DNA from: a bacterium
GTDB lineage: Bacteria > Zhuqueibacterota > Zhuqueibacteria > Residuimicrobiales > Krinioviventaceae
Length of the DNA stretch: 48,484 bases
Assembly: GCA_963674595.2 (NCBI GenBank)
Contig: CAXXFV010000011.1
Coordinates: 1 to 48,484 of the forward strand
Reading direction: 5' to 3'
Shown here: one piece after another, positions 46,968-48,484 of the stretch
Layout: every line of letters begins with the position of its first letter
How positions within the stretch are numbered: position 1 is the stretch's first letter
Made by a program: the position numbers and the translations under genes
Notes under the pieces: model-generated
Told to the model about the DNA's origin: nothing
Databases searched by the model: none
What the model saw: only the letters and a program-made list of their open reading frames with translations

Positions 46968-48484
46968 CCCGTCCCTTTTGCAAATTTACCATATCATATA
47001 AAAAATGTCCGGATTGGTTCAAGGCAGACGGCTGTCCTGCTTCCGTTAAAAATCCGTTTTCAAGCACCAATACCTGATCCGCCTGAAACACCGTACTGAA
47101 TCTGTGTGCTGTTACAAGAGCAGTTTTGTCCTGTGTTAAGCGTTTTAACGAGTCGGTTAATTTTTCATCAAGCACGGGGTCCAGGTGTGCTGTCGGCTCA
47201 TCGAGAATCAGCAACGGTGCATCTTTCAGAAACGCACGCGCCAAAGCAAGCCGCTGGGCCTGGCCGCCGCTCAGTCTTTCGCCGCGCTCGCCGATAATTG
47301 TGTTATAGCCATCAGCCAGTGTTGAAACAAATTCCGTCAAATGTGCATGTTCAATGGCCTGTTCCACCTGTTCTTGAGATGCTTTGGAATTGGCGATTCG
47401 TATATTATTCATCAGACTTGAGTGAAACAGGTAGGGATGCTGCGACACCCAGGCAATCTGGTTTCTCCAATTTTCACTATTTAATTGTTCAAGTAACTTT
47501 TTGTCAATAAATATATCGCCGGTTGTTGGGGGCATAAATTTTAACAATAATGACATCAGCGTTGATTTGCCCGCACCACTCGGTCCGATGAGAACAGTCG
47601 TTGAGCCGGAATGCATTTGAAAAGTTATATCAGAAAGTGCGGGTTTGTCGGTATTCGGGTATTGAAAGGTTACATTATTGAATTGTATCTTTTTAAAAGA
47701 TTCCAACGTATGGTTTTGTGATATTGTTATATTAACCGGGGCATCCAGTATTTCATAAATATCCAGAGCGGCTGTCGTACCTGTGATTCCGCTATGAAAG
47801 CGTGCGCCCAATTGCCGTAACGGTAAATAGAATTCCGGGGCCAACAACAAAATAAACAAAGCAGACTGGAAATCCATTTTGTGATACAAAAGCCGTAAAC
47901 CGATTTCAACGGCAATAATGGCCGTACTGATGGTTGCCAGCCATTCCAGCGTCAGCGCCGATAAAAACGCCACGCGCAATACGTTCATGGTTGATTTGCG
48001 AAATCTTTGAGCAATTTGGGATATCTTTTGTATCTGTTCATGACTTTTGCCGAATATTTTTAACGTAGTGAGGCCCTGTAAAACATCCAGATAATATTCG
48101 CTCATCCGGTTCAGGTGAGACCACTGCTTTTTTGTCAGCGACTGCGCAATGGAACCTATTAGCTTCATAAAAAAGGGAATAAGGGGCGCGGTTAGTAAAA
48201 GCTACAATGCCGGATAATAAATCCACCGGAAAAATAAAAAAGAGTATTAATATCGGAATCAGCACCGCCTGCAACAGTCCCGGAAGGTATTGGCTGAAAT
48301 AGGTATCCAGCGCGTCAATGCCGGATAACAGGGTATTGTATAATTTCCCGGATAGTTTGGAAGATGTAAAAGTCGGCCCGGATTGCTGGATTTTTACGAG
48401 CAACTGGTTATGAAAAAAGATTTTGATTTTAGCCGCAACAACACCGGCAAAATGTTGACTGCCCCATTGAAATCCGCTGCGGGC
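46960..48484 (-). CDS. cydD: Heme/thiol ABC exporter subunit CydD (5'-truncated by the window edge; indel near 48170-48205)
   Basis: GIDALDTYFSQYLP, LDVLQGLTTLKIFG, TMNVLRVAFLS, LLLAPEFYLPLRQLGARFH, LSGGQAQRLALARAFL. Confidence 0.9.

Noticed and set aside
4-48403. Numerous short overlapping or antisense ORFs in the track (e.g. 4190-4570, 12818-13282, 29932-30453, 42780-43244)
   Set aside because: They are shadows of well-supported genes with no motifs of their own; some same-strand ones are frameshift fragments already merged above.
1-48484. CRISPR arrays, IS elements, integrases, prophage, defence systems, rRNA/tRNA
   Set aside because: I saw no regularly spaced direct repeats, terminal inverted repeats, or diagnostic protein or RNA motifs by inspection.

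Overview
AT-rich bacterial chromosomal window. A secreted protein with a YPNPFN C-terminal Ig/sorting domain and the overall gene content suggest an FCB-group organism such as KSB1 or Calditrichota (inference). I found no rRNA, tRNA, CRISPR, prophage or transposase. In order, it contains: a partial Gfo/Idh/MocA oxidoreductase; a MacB/LolCDE-type ABC pair; Hsp20 with a sigma54-type promoter; YceI; a two-gene CydA-like/cytochrome c fusion (bd-superfamily) oxidoreductase; an M14 peptidase; a 7-gene phosphodiesterase-GlpT-Hyi-sugar ABC-PfkB operon whose kinase carries the signature of PPi-dependent myo-inositol kinase; two parallel histidine kinase -> sigma54 activator -> UAS/promoter -> stand-alone receiver modules, the second with an Asp-less receiver followed by a candidate structured RNA; cstA; nth; an archaeal-type pheS-pheT operon with a zinc-ribbon insert in PheT; methyltransferase, epimerase, nagB and hydrolase genes; a radical SAM/SPASM gene behind a long leader with an ops/JUMPStart-like element; a Tat oxidoreductase; a Cache-PAS kinase; three secreted proteins; and cydDC. 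Many genes, including essential pheS/pheT, are broken by single-base indels, mostly at homopolymers. These are most likely long-read assembly errors rather than pseudogenes. All family calls come from motif recognition, not database searches.
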